Below, piece by piece: positions 19,934-28,264 of a stretch of 64,000 bases of DNA (positions within the stretch are counted from its first letter, which is position 1; the number at the start of each line of letters is the position of its first letter). The translations under genes and the position numbers were made by a program. This DNA comes from Candidatus Fermentithermobacillus carboniphilus (lineage in GTDB: Bacteria; Bacillota; Sulfobacillia; Fermentithermobacillales; Fermentithermobacillaceae). The stretch is from positions 237,217-301,216 of the forward strand of contig CP062796.1 of assembly GCA_018208355.1 (NCBI GenBank). Reading direction: 5' to 3'. Below the pieces are notes generated by a model that made no database searches, was not told where the DNA came from, and was given only the letters and a program-made list of their open reading frames with translations.

Positions 19934-20845
19934 TCAGTCTCTTTCTTTCGTTCTGTCGATTAACTTTAAGAGTTCTACCGGTAGCGGAAACACAATAGTG
20001 GAATTTTGTTCTGCCGCGATCTCGGATAGCGTCTGCAAGTACCGAAGCTGCAGCGCAACCGGCTGTGAACTCATGACCTGAGCTGCTTCTGCCAGCCTTT
20101 GTGATGCCTGCAGTTCTCCTTCTGCGGCTATCACTTTAGCTCTCCGATCGCGCTCTGCCTCTGCCTGTCTTGCCATGGCCCGTTTCATGGTATCTGGCAA
20201 CTCGATTGATTTTATCTCCACCATGGTAACTTTGACGCCCCACGGATCTGTGGCCTCATCCAAAAGCTTCCTGAGAGTCTCATTCAGTTCTGCTCTCTTG
20301 GCTAGAATATCGTCCAGTTCATGCTGGCCGAGAACAGATCTCAGGATCGTTTGGCCGAGCAAGCTTGTGCTCGCAACATAATTGGCCACCTTGGTTACGG
20401 CAAGCACGGGATCGAAGATGTTGAAATAGACAACGGCATCCACTACTACAGGCACATTGTCCCTGGTGATTATCTCCTGCCGAGGTACGTCGATGGTGAA
20501 GGTCCTCACGTCGACGACTTTAACCTGGTCTATCCCCAGTGGCAGGATAACGCTGACCCCGGGCCCAAGGACCCCATGCATTCTACCGAAGCGGAAAATG
20601 ACTCCTCGAGCATACTCAGAGATTATCCGGAAGGACGTAAGTTCTATAACCAGAAGAACTATGGGCAGTGGCAAACCAACAGTATCGATGAAAACGATCG
20701 ACAGAACAAGGATGATGAAGCCGAGAGCGCCGTGAACTACACCCGCGATAGTATCTTTTCTCGATAAAGCTATTAGAGTGGTGATCAACCAGAAAATTCC
20801 GCCCACCAAGACTGAAACGAGACCTGCGGTCCCAAGCGCTGACAT
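19934..20845 (-). CDS. SPFH/stomatin-like (slipin) protein with extra N-terminal TM helices
   Basis: QEIITRDN, WGVKV, AMARQAEAER, LRYLQTL; start at MSALG. Confidence 0.9.
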   Translation of the reverse strand: MSALGTAGLVSVLVGGIFWLITTLIALSRKDTIAGVVHGALGFIILVLSIVFIDTVGLPLPIVLLVIELTSFRIISEYARGVIFRFGRMHGVLGPGVSVILPLGIDQVKVVDVRTFTIDVPRQEIITRDNVPVVVDAVVYFNIFDPVLAVTKVANYVASTSLLGQTILRSVLGQHELDDILAKRAELNETLRKLLDEATDPWGVKVTMVEIKSIELPDTMKRAMARQAEAERDRRAKVIAAEGELQASQRLAEAAQVMSSQPVALQLRYLQTLSEIAAEQNSTIVFPLPVELLKLIDRTKERD

Positions 20846-20986
20846 AGCATTACCCCCTGTTATAATAAAGTTTCCGTAATCTTCCGAGAAAGAACATGGC
20901 CGCATGTTACAGGGGGATAGCTTCTTTCCGTTGTCACGCGATTCCTTCTGCCGTCGCTGGCCTAAAGCGCGCAAGAAGGCAACCCC

Positions 20987-21244
20987 GTGGCGGTGCTGAT
21001 CGGTATTCTGAGGCTCGAGCTCGGGAACAAAGATATTGTCCTCATTTCGGATTCGGACCACAAGTTCATCGCCAGGGACGGAAGTGAGGAGCCTCTTACA
21101 AAATTGCTGGCCGCTTATGGCTGGCAGTTTGTGGACAGACTCGGTTCGGGCATATTCTACCGTAGAGACGGACAAACACTTTATGTAGACGCACGGATGT
21201 TTACTCGACGCTATGTCATCTACGACCTCGAACATCATCCATAG
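20987..21244 (+). CDS. Hypothetical protein, possibly with a broken 5' end
   Basis: Protein-like 85-aa ORF; in-frame upstream QEGNP is cut by a TAA. Confidence 0.45.
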   Translation: MAVLIGILRLELGNKDIVLISDSDHKFIARDGSEEPLTKLLAAYGWQFVDRLGSGIFYRRDGQTLYVDARMFTRRYVIYDLEHHP

Positions 21245-21408
21245 TAGACCACCGCTCTTTTCCATAAAACGCAATAGGTGACCGAGTATTGAGAATGGCC
21301 CTGGATCGGCGGAACCCGGAGGCAATGCTGGTCGCGACCAGGGCCCACGACTGAGCCAAACTGCGTTATGAAACCATCACGATCAATTACCGATTACGTA
21401 CTCATTAG

Positions 21409-22503
21409 CTACTCAGCACTCTTTTGCGCTGGGGAAACAGCTGGGTCAGGGAACCAGTGCTTGGTTCGATTAGCAAACGCGACCAGGCTCAGCATGATCG
21501 GTACCTCTTCCAGAACACCCACGACTGTTGCAAGAGCTGCACCGGATCCTAGTCCAAATAGGGATATGGCAACAGCTACAGCCAGCTCGAAGAAGTTGCT
21601 CGCACCGATCATGGCTGCTGGGGGTGCTACAGTCTTGTCTACTCTCCACCATCGAGCCCAGGCGTAACCGATAGCAAATATCAGATAAGTTTGAATGGTG
21701 AGGGGTACCGCAATCAGGACGATGTGGAGCGGATTCCTGATTATGGTTTCACCCTGGAAAGAGAACAGTATTATGAGTGTGAGCAGTAACCCAACAATGG
21801 TGAACGGTTTCAGCCTTGGCAGAAACCGTTCTTTGAACCACTGGCTGCCCCGCATCCTGATAAGTCTCACCCTTGTCAGGTAACCAGCCGTCAGCGGTAT
21901 GACGACATACAGCACAACCGATAGAAAGATCGTGTCGTAGGGCACCTTAAGGGATGCTAGCCTCAGTTCAAATACGACGATCGGTGCATAAAGAAAGAGA
22001 ATTATGAGGTCATTGATGGCGACCTGGACGAGGGTATGAGCAGGGTTTCCGCCGCTCAGATAGCTCCAAACAAATACCATGGCTGTGCATGGCGCGGCAC
22101 CAAGGAGTACTGCCCCAGCCACATACTGTTGAGCAAGGTCTGGAGGTATCCAATTAGCGAATAAATAGCGAAGAAACAACCAGGCAAGTACGAGCATCGT
22201 GAAGGGCTTAATGATCCAGTTGACGACAACCGTGATTATCAGACCCTTTGGCTGTCTGCTTGCTCGTACTATGCTGCCGAAATCTATCTGAACCATCATC
22301 GGATATATCATGAACCATATGAGAATGGCCACGGGTATGGAGACGTGCGCATACTCCCACTTGCTCAAAGCTCTAGGGAACCCGGGAAAATACAAACCAA
22401 TTAGGGTCCCCAGAACCATGCATATTATGACCCAAACCGTCAGATACCGCTCGAAGAAGCCCAGACCCTGTGCATCCTGCGTTCGAACTATGTGTCTTGC
22501 CAT
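21409..22503 (-). CDS. acr3: Acr3 arsenite efflux transporter
   Basis: FERYLTVW, MIYPMM, APCTAMV, SNFFELAVA, EVPIML. Confidence 0.95.
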   Translation of the reverse strand: MARHIVRTQDAQGLGFFERYLTVWVIICMVLGTLIGLYFPGFPRALSKWEYAHVSIPVAILIWFMIYPMMVQIDFGSIVRASRQPKGLIITVVVNWIIKPFTMLVLAWLFLRYLFANWIPPDLAQQYVAGAVLLGAAPCTAMVFVWSYLSGGNPAHTLVQVAINDLIILFLYAPIVVFELRLASLKVPYDTIFLSVVLYVVIPLTAGYLTRVRLIRMRGSQWFKERFLPRLKPFTIVGLLLTLIILFSFQGETIIRNPLHIVLIAVPLTIQTYLIFAIGYAWARWWRVDKTVAPPAAMIGASNFFELAVAVAISLFGLGSGAALATVVGVLEEVPIMLSLVAFANRTKHWFPDPAVSPAQKSAE

Positions 22504-22681
22504 TACCCTCAGTCACCTCTCTGCGGGTTCAAACCACTTGCGTAGGCGGCAGTCAGGGGCGGTCGTCCTTCTGAATACCGTCTACACCAGGCACTCCTGC
22601 GTCTTGTTACAATACCTGGACCACAAAACTGGTTTGCATGGGGCATGGGGCCAGGTCTCCTGGCCAGCCGGCACCAGCGGG

Positions 22682-22927
22682 TCACATGTAATTCCGCAGA
22701 ACGGACAGAGGTGGGAAACTTATGGCTTCAGCCGGACACTGAGAGCGGCAACCGCTGCAACCCACCACGCAGTTGGTCGGATTGCTCACCACCGGCTTTC
22801 CCGCTTCCTCATCCCATGAATACACTCCGTGGCTGCAGAATTCAAAGCATGTCTTGCACCCGATGCATTTTTCATGATTCACCGTGGGATTCCAGGGTAT
22901 GAGTTCTCTGGGGACCTTAAATCTCAC
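22682..22927 (-). CDS. 2x[4Fe-4S] ferredoxin
   Basis: CIGCKTCFEFC and CVVGCSGCRSQCP. Confidence 0.9.
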   Translation of the reverse strand: MRFKVPRELIPWNPTVNHEKCIGCKTCFEFCSHGVYSWDEEAGKPVVSNPTNCVVGCSGCRSQCPAEAISFPPLSVLRNYM

Positions 22928-23169
22928 CGAGACTCCCCCTTCTCGAACCACTTTCTAATCTCAGCTTCGGTCGGGACCTTGCCTTCGATTTTCTTCTGAC
23001 CATCGATGAATACTGCAGGCGTCATCATGACACCACGGTCTATGATCTCATTCAGGTCTGTTACGTGTACGATTTCGGCATCAATCCCAAGTTTGCGGAT
23101 GGTTTCCTCTATCAGCGCCTCGGTCTTCTTGCACTTTGGACATCCCACTCCCAAGATCTCGACTTTCAT
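22924..23169 (-). CDS. Small thioredoxin-like redox-active disulfide protein (MTH895-type)
   Basis: ILGVGCPKC, GVMMTPA. Confidence 0.9.
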   Translation of the reverse strand: MKVEILGVGCPKCKKTEALIEETIRKLGIDAEIVHVTDLNEIIDRGVMMTPAVFIDGQKKIEGKVPTEAEIRKWFEKGESR

Positions 23170-23216
23170 TATTCTGACCACCTCCGTTTTTGCATTTGGG
23201 CTATTGCAACCCGGTT

Positions 23217-24386
23217 CTAGGCAAGGATAAGCCCGAACAGCCAACCTGTCAGTGTAGCCATGATTACCACTAGGCTAATGTAGGCAAAGGCCTTCTTTGG
23301 CCCTATGGTGTTGGTGAGGACAATCATGCTAGGCAGACTTAGAGCTGGACCCGCAAGCAAAAGAGCCAGCGCAGGACCTTTCCCCATACCCGAACCGAGC
23401 AGTCCTTGAATGATAGGCACTTCAGTAAGGGTCGCAAAATACATCAAAGCGCCGACCACTGAACTGACGAAGTTTGAAATGATGGAGTTGCCTCCGACCA
23501 GCCGCGATATCCAGTCAGAGGGGATGAGCCCTCTGTCCGTCCCCGGTCTTCCCATCACAATGCCTGCCACCAGGACTCCTCCCAGCAAAAGAGGTAAGAT
23601 TTTCTGGGCAAAATCCCATGTTGATTGCAGCCAGGCCGAAAGTTCGTCCGGCTTAAACCATGCCTTCAGCATATACGCGAGAGCTGCCAGTAATGCCACT
23701 GTGATATACCACTTTACGGAATACACTGCATAAAAGAGACCGATTTTCTCAGGTGGTTTTCCCCAGGCAGCAAACACCAGGATGGCCACAAGCACAGCGA
23801 AATAGACTGCAGTTTGTCCAAGGGATCGTCCCTCAGACTCTACCTTCGCACTCTGGAAAGTTTTCTGGCGCTCTGCTTCGTCTTCACGGAAGAGCTTTGC
23901 CATCAGCAACCCGATCACGACAGAAAAAAGGACAGCACCAACAGCCCTTGCAAGACCGATTTGCCACCCAAGTACCCGCGCAGTCATGATGATGGCTAGC
24001 ACGTTGATGGCCGGCCCTGAATACAAGAACGCTGTGGCTGGGCCGAGCCCGGCACCGCGTTTGTAAATGCCCATAAAAAGTGGCAGGACAGTGCAGGAAC
24101 ATACCGCGAGTATTGCTCCAGAAACTGCAGCGACAGAATAGGCCAGGATGGGTGGAGCTCCTTTGCCAAGATACTTCATAACCGATTCATGGGAGATGAA
24201 GTTTTGCATTGCTCCGGCTATGAAAAACGCTGGAATGAGGCAAAACAGGACGTGCTCTCTGGCGTATTCTCTGAGCATGTACAGGCCCTCAAGCACTGAG
24301 TTCTGTAGCCTCTGACTTTCCACAGGCATGAAATACACCAAAAGAAAGATTGTGACGATCAGTAGGAACTTATCCCTGTCTTTCAT
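23217..24386 (-). CDS. ArsP/DUF318 family permease
   Basis: VCSCTVLP, SGPAIN, YFATLTEVP, GPALSLP. Confidence 0.9.
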   Translation of the reverse strand: MKDRDKFLLIVTIFLLVYFMPVESQRLQNSVLEGLYMLREYAREHVLFCLIPAFFIAGAMQNFISHESVMKYLGKGAPPILAYSVAAVSGAILAVCSCTVLPLFMGIYKRGAGLGPATAFLYSGPAINVLAIIMTARVLGWQIGLARAVGAVLFSVVIGLLMAKLFREDEAERQKTFQSAKVESEGRSLGQTAVYFAVLVAILVFAAWGKPPEKIGLFYAVYSVKWYITVALLAALAYMLKAWFKPDELSAWLQSTWDFAQKILPLLLGGVLVAGIVMGRPGTDRGLIPSDWISRLVGGNSIISNFVSSVVGALMYFATLTEVPIIQGLLGSGMGKGPALALLLAGPALSLPSMIVLTNTIGPKKAFAYISLVVIMATLTGWLFGLILA

Positions 24387-24452
24387 TGTTATCCCTTCTC
24401 GCTTTTGTTTCAGACATGCTTTCATGCTCACGAAAGACCGCCACAGACATCA

Positions 24453-24791
24453 TCAGCTACCCGAACTGCCCTGACGGCAGCTTTCACACGTTAGTCCGGG
24501 GCTGTTTCTACCTGAGTACCTTTCAAGGCACTTAATAAAGTCGTACGCGCAACCTAACCTTAGCTCATAGTAGACGTTCAGGCCTTCCTTACGCGAGGTT
24601 ACCACTCCCGTAGACTTCAATACGGCAAGGTGTTTGGATATAGTAGTCTGGTCGCAGCCGATTTGCCCGACAAGTTCACATACGCACACAGGTCCTGTGG
24701 AGCCTAGAATCTCGACTATCTTCAGTCTCGTCGGGTGCCCCAAAGCCTTGAACACGGCCGACAATTCCTCTACAGTGGGCTTATCCAGCAT
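24453..24791 (-). CDS. arsR: ArsR/SmtB metalloregulator
   Basis: FKALGHPTRLKI, CVCEL, SKHLAVLK; ATG after AGGAGG. Confidence 0.92.
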   Translation of the reverse strand: MLDKPTVEELSAVFKALGHPTRLKIVEILGSTGPVCVCELVGQIGCDQTTISKHLAVLKSTGVVTSRKEGLNVYYELRLGCAYDFIKCLERYSGRNSPGLTCESCRQGSSGS

Positions 24792-24960
24792 CTCTTTCAC
24801 CTCCTTGCCAAGGCCGTATCACCTAAGCCCAAATCCGTTATCATTCACTCCGTTGGATGGCTAAACCCTCCGGGCTCATTGACTGTCCTTTCAAGTTGCG
24901 CGGTGGTCCTATCCAGCATTTTTTCTCATAACCTCACCTTACAAGTTCGGTGAATTCCTA

Positions 24961-24996
24961 CATGGTCATATAACCATATAGTTAAACTATTGTCAA
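24961..24996 (-). promoter_or_regulatory. Putative ars promoter/operator
   Basis: TTGACA followed by palindromes ATAGTT-T-AACTAT and ATGGTTATATGACCAT (imperfect). Confidence 0.6.
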
Positions 24997-25135
24997 GAAT
25001 GGAACGGTCGTTAAGAGCAAGGCTCCCTTGTGCTGGAGTTTTGATAGTTTACTCGTAGATCGACCCTGTAGGATAGCCTGGCTGCATACTAGGAGACTGA
25101 GTTACTTTCACCGGGAACAAATACATTGCCGTCTT

Positions 25136-25366
25136 CTAACACACAAAACTTCTCTCCCCATCCGCAACGAGAGTTCTGCTGCCTTGAACGACGAAGAATA
25201 TCGTGTGTCTGTTCATGCTGCACGGAGGTATTTCTTGCGCCGATTCGAGGCCGATTACGAGGGTCTTGTACTTGTCGTGCTCCTTAAGGACCGTCTTTGC
25301 CTGTTTTGCCTGGGAAAACTCGGTCCGGTCAAAGACGTTCGTTATCTCCACGGTCATCTCCCCCAT
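25136..25366 (-). pseudogene. Truncated cupin-domain gene
   Basis: Cupin-like IGLESAQEIPPC..FFVVQG, ends before the second cupin motif. Confidence 0.55.
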
Positions 25367-25521
25367 CCAGCAAGTGTCGTTTTGGCTGTGCCTGCATCTC
25401 CCGAAACAACAACTACAGATGCGCTAATAGCATATATACGGCTACGTGAACAGCGCCCTTCCTTCTTGACGTCGACAACTAACTCCGTTCACTTTCCATA
25501 ACTCCATTACCTACTTGAACT

Positions 25522-26088
25522 TTACGCTGCCCCTTTAGGGGATTTCCGGTTACTGCCCCCGTCTAACGACACATTCGAACCGGGTTGGTGCTGGGGCGCC
25601 TCGACTACTCTCTCCACGATCCAGCCGATTATCACCGCCGCTACAAGCGTGAGCCCAAGGCGGCAGACGGCAAATGGAAGCCCCAGAAACTTGGCCTCCA
25701 TCGCCACCAGGGGGATCTCCGCAGCAGCCTTGGCGGTCAAAAATGCAACGACGTTGGACACCCGGGCGCCTTTGGCCAGCAAAGCGGCGGCAACGGGGAA
25801 CGCCGCATAAAGGGGGCCTACGAGCGTCGAACCGAGGAACATGGAAATAACCACGCCCTTGATGCCGGAACCCCGGCCGATATAGCGTTCAATGACCTCC
25901 CTCGGCACCCATACGTTGAGAAGCCCCAGGAGCAGAAACACCGGCGGCAGGATCAAAAGCATCTCCTTGAAGAAACTGATTGCGGTAGCGACGGACTTGC
26001 CCGCCGCCGGCGGCGAGAAATACCACAGCACCACGTTCGCAGCGATGACGAGGATTACAGGCCTGTACCTTTGAGCAGTTTTTTTCAA
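25522..26088 (-). CDS. Short DUF318-type permease, second subunit
   Basis: GPLYAAFPVAAALL, EAKFLG. Confidence 0.8.
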   Translation of the reverse strand: MKKTAQRYRPVILVIAANVVLWYFSPPAAGKSVATAISFFKEMLLILPPVFLLLGLLNVWVPREVIERYIGRGSGIKGVVISMFLGSTLVGPLYAAFPVAAALLAKGARVSNVVAFLTAKAAAEIPLVAMEAKFLGLPFAVCRLGLTLVAAVIIGWIVERVVEAPQHQPGSNVSLDGGSNRKSPKGAA

Positions 26089-26564
26089 CCTAAGATCACC
26101 CCCATTACTACGGCAATGAGGAGGGCGAACACGAAGCTCAGCCCATTTCGCCACAGGGTCATCTTTTTACCCAACTGCTGAATCTCGACGGGTGCCGTCA
26201 CCACTCCAACCATAGTCAGCGTAGTGATGAAGGCAGCCACAGTCACAGTGGAAGCGCCCTCTTGATAAAGCGACCCGGCAAGCGGAAAAGCGATCAAGCC
26301 CGGGATCAGAGTTATGGCCCCAAGCAGGGCGGCCCCAATCGTCCCGGCCATCCCCGCCTGTTTACCGAGGTATTCCGAAATCCACTGGGGCGGGATCAGT
26401 GCAAGAAGGACCCCAATGAGGCCCGCAACCTCTACCATAAAAGGGCCAGTTCGGGCAAAGGATTTTGCCGCCATCCTCAGCGCCTCCCGGGTCCTGTCCC
26501 TGTCGGCCTTCCATGAGATGATCACCGCCAGGCTCGAAACGAGATATAGGACGACGCCGTACAT
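26085..26564 (-). CDS. Short DUF318-type permease, first subunit
   Basis: PGLIAFPLA, TTLTMVG; 4-nt overlap with the next gene. Confidence 0.8.
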   Translation of the reverse strand: MYGVVLYLVSSLAVIISWKADRDRTREALRMAAKSFARTGPFMVEVAGLIGVLLALIPPQWISEYLGKQAGMAGTIGAALLGAITLIPGLIAFPLAGSLYQEGASTVTVAAFITTLTMVGVVTAPVEIQQLGKKMTLWRNGLSFVFALLIAVVMGVILG

Positions 26565-26580
26565 GACCCGCACCTCCTCG

Positions 26581-26964
26581 TCAGTTTTGCAAGCGCCGTT
26601 CTTCGTACAGGGCTATAAACCGGTCCAGACGGGCTCTTTGCACTTGAATGGCACGAACCCAGTTATGCAGGAGGGCTTCGCCGTCGCCGGTCAACTCATA
26701 CACCCTCCTGGGGGGACCCTGCGACCCCTCTTCCCATCTGGAGACCACCATCCCGTCCTCCTCGAGACTTCTGAGGGTGCGATAAAGCGTCGCCATATCG
26801 GCCGCGGTTCCCTCAAACCCCAGTGCCTTGAGCTTCTCGATGAGCTCATAGCCGTGTGACCGCTGGCCCCAGAGGAAAAGGAGGATGCTTGGCTCCATAA
26901 ACCTCTCCATTCGCCCTTGAACGCAGGAAAGTCCCGACCGGCATCTCGGCCTGTTTCCGCCCAT
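26581..26964 (-). CDS. PadR family regulator with an N-terminal Cys pair
   Basis: HGYEL, LYRTLRSLE, RRVYELT; CRSGLSC near the N-terminus. Confidence 0.9.
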   Translation of the reverse strand: MGGNRPRCRSGLSCVQGRMERFMEPSILLFLWGQRSHGYELIEKLKALGFEGTAADMATLYRTLRSLEEDGMVVSRWEEGSQGPPRRVYELTGDGEALLHNWVRAIQVQRARLDRFIALYEERRLQN

Positions 26965-26990
26965 TTTCGCAAATCCACCTCCATTCAGCA

Positions 26991-27050
26991 TATATACGAT
27001 TGTAGTATATACGTTATTAGTATACTAACATTGCATATGCCGATAGTCAA
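26991..27050 (-). promoter_or_regulatory. PadR promoter with inverted-repeat operator
   Basis: TTGACT-N17-TAGTAT; TATATAC-N7-GTATATA and TTAGTATACTAA palindromes. Confidence 0.6.
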
Positions 27051-27365
27051 GACATTCAGGGAACGACATTCAGGGAATGAATCTAGACGGTCCTACGCTG
27101 CCTATCTGTAGCCCCACAGTGCGTTCAGTACCGCCCTGCTGCATGAGTGTCGAAACCGATGTGCGAAAAGATTTAGGGAATACCAGCCGTATCAAGCATT
27201 GTTGTTTCCTGCTGGCTTGAATTAGCGGTTGCCCGAAGATCATACAGCTCGCTTTGCGAGCGAAGGAAAAAGCCTCACACAAAGATGTGGGGTTTCGGCG
27301 TCGGTCGCCTTCGCGGGTTCTCACGCATGGGACTGCTCTGGTCTGCAGCGTCAAAAAGGAGTGAC

Positions 27366-28103
27366 CTAGGGTGATTGGGTTTCGGATGAATTAGCCGAGC
27401 CACCGCTATCAGTCCGCTTCAGAGCCCTCTGCCTCCTGGCCTCCTGGGCTAGCAGCCCGATCAATAAATTCATCTTGGCCTGCGGAATCGTTTCGAAGGC
27501 AATCCCATAACATGCTCTGTCATCATTATTGCTCTTCCAGACAACCCTACTCTCCAGTTCTCCAAGCGAAGCCCACGGCTCTTCTACAAACTTCACGGAC
27601 AGACCGCAGCCCACCTCAATCTGGCCTTCCGCGATTAACTTCATCCCACCGCAACTTAAGTCTCTGGCAAGCCCTCGGGCTTCAACTGGTTGCTCCCCCT
27701 GTGTTTTGTAAACCACCGCCAGATCTAAGGGGACCCGCACCCATTTCCTCTGCTGCATTACCCCGACGTCTCTCACCATAGTCACTTTGAAAAGACGCGG
27801 GTCAGCCTGTTTCTTTAGCCTGGCCTCAAATGTGTGGATTCCGGTGTCAAGAAATACCGCCACGCTGGCGCCGGCACTTTGCGTACCTAGCAGGCTATCC
27901 TGAAGGGAAACATCAGACAAAAGCTCGAGGAAGAACTCGTCGCCTCGAACCAGCCACCGGGCAGGTAGAGATAACCCGGTCAGCCGTATCTCGCGTATCT
28001 CGGCTTCAGCCCCAGAACCACTCTTGAGATGGAGCATGTCAAGCTGTCTGCCGGTCAGCCAACTATCACGGTCCATACTTTGTGATTTCGCCCCTTCCGC
28101 CAC
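27366..28103 (-). CDS. PilZ-domain protein (YcgR-like)
   Basis: RKWVR (RxxxR) and DLSCGG (DxSxxG). Confidence 0.85.
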   Translation of the reverse strand: MAEGAKSQSMDRDSWLTGRQLDMLHLKSGSGAEAEIREIRLTGLSLPARWLVRGDEFFLELLSDVSLQDSLLGTQSAGASVAVFLDTGIHTFEARLKKQADPRLFKVTMVRDVGVMQQRKWVRVPLDLAVVYKTQGEQPVEARGLARDLSCGGMKLIAEGQIEVGCGLSVKFVEEPWASLGELESRVVWKSNNDDRACYGIAFETIPQAKMNLLIGLLAQEARRQRALKRTDSGGSANSSETQSP

Positions 28104-28264
28104 TACTCCTGCAAAAGCGCACGAAGGCTAGCATCAGACCGTATACTCCGGGTCGTGGTCGTGCACCGCGACTCAAACGGCAGATGGTGTTCCCATCAGA
28201 TTTACCGCCACACAGTCTCAATCTAAATTTACACCACTATCTAAGGCACTAACAACCACTTTGA

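Noticed and set aside
20846..21325. Long N-terminal extension on the SPFH ORF
   Set aside because: It is antisense to the 20987-21244 ORF; the protein-like sequence begins at MSALG.
22504..22684. Possible selenocysteine read-through of the ferredoxin TGA or a small Cys-rich ORF before acr3
   Set aside because: The ferredoxin is complete at the TGA, the read-through peptide has no motif, and no RBS-supported ORF is present.
28104..28264. Possible c-di-GMP riboswitch upstream of the PilZ gene
   Set aside because: The class I consensus (GGCAAAC..GAAA..GACGCAAAG) is absent; only a short hairpin is present.
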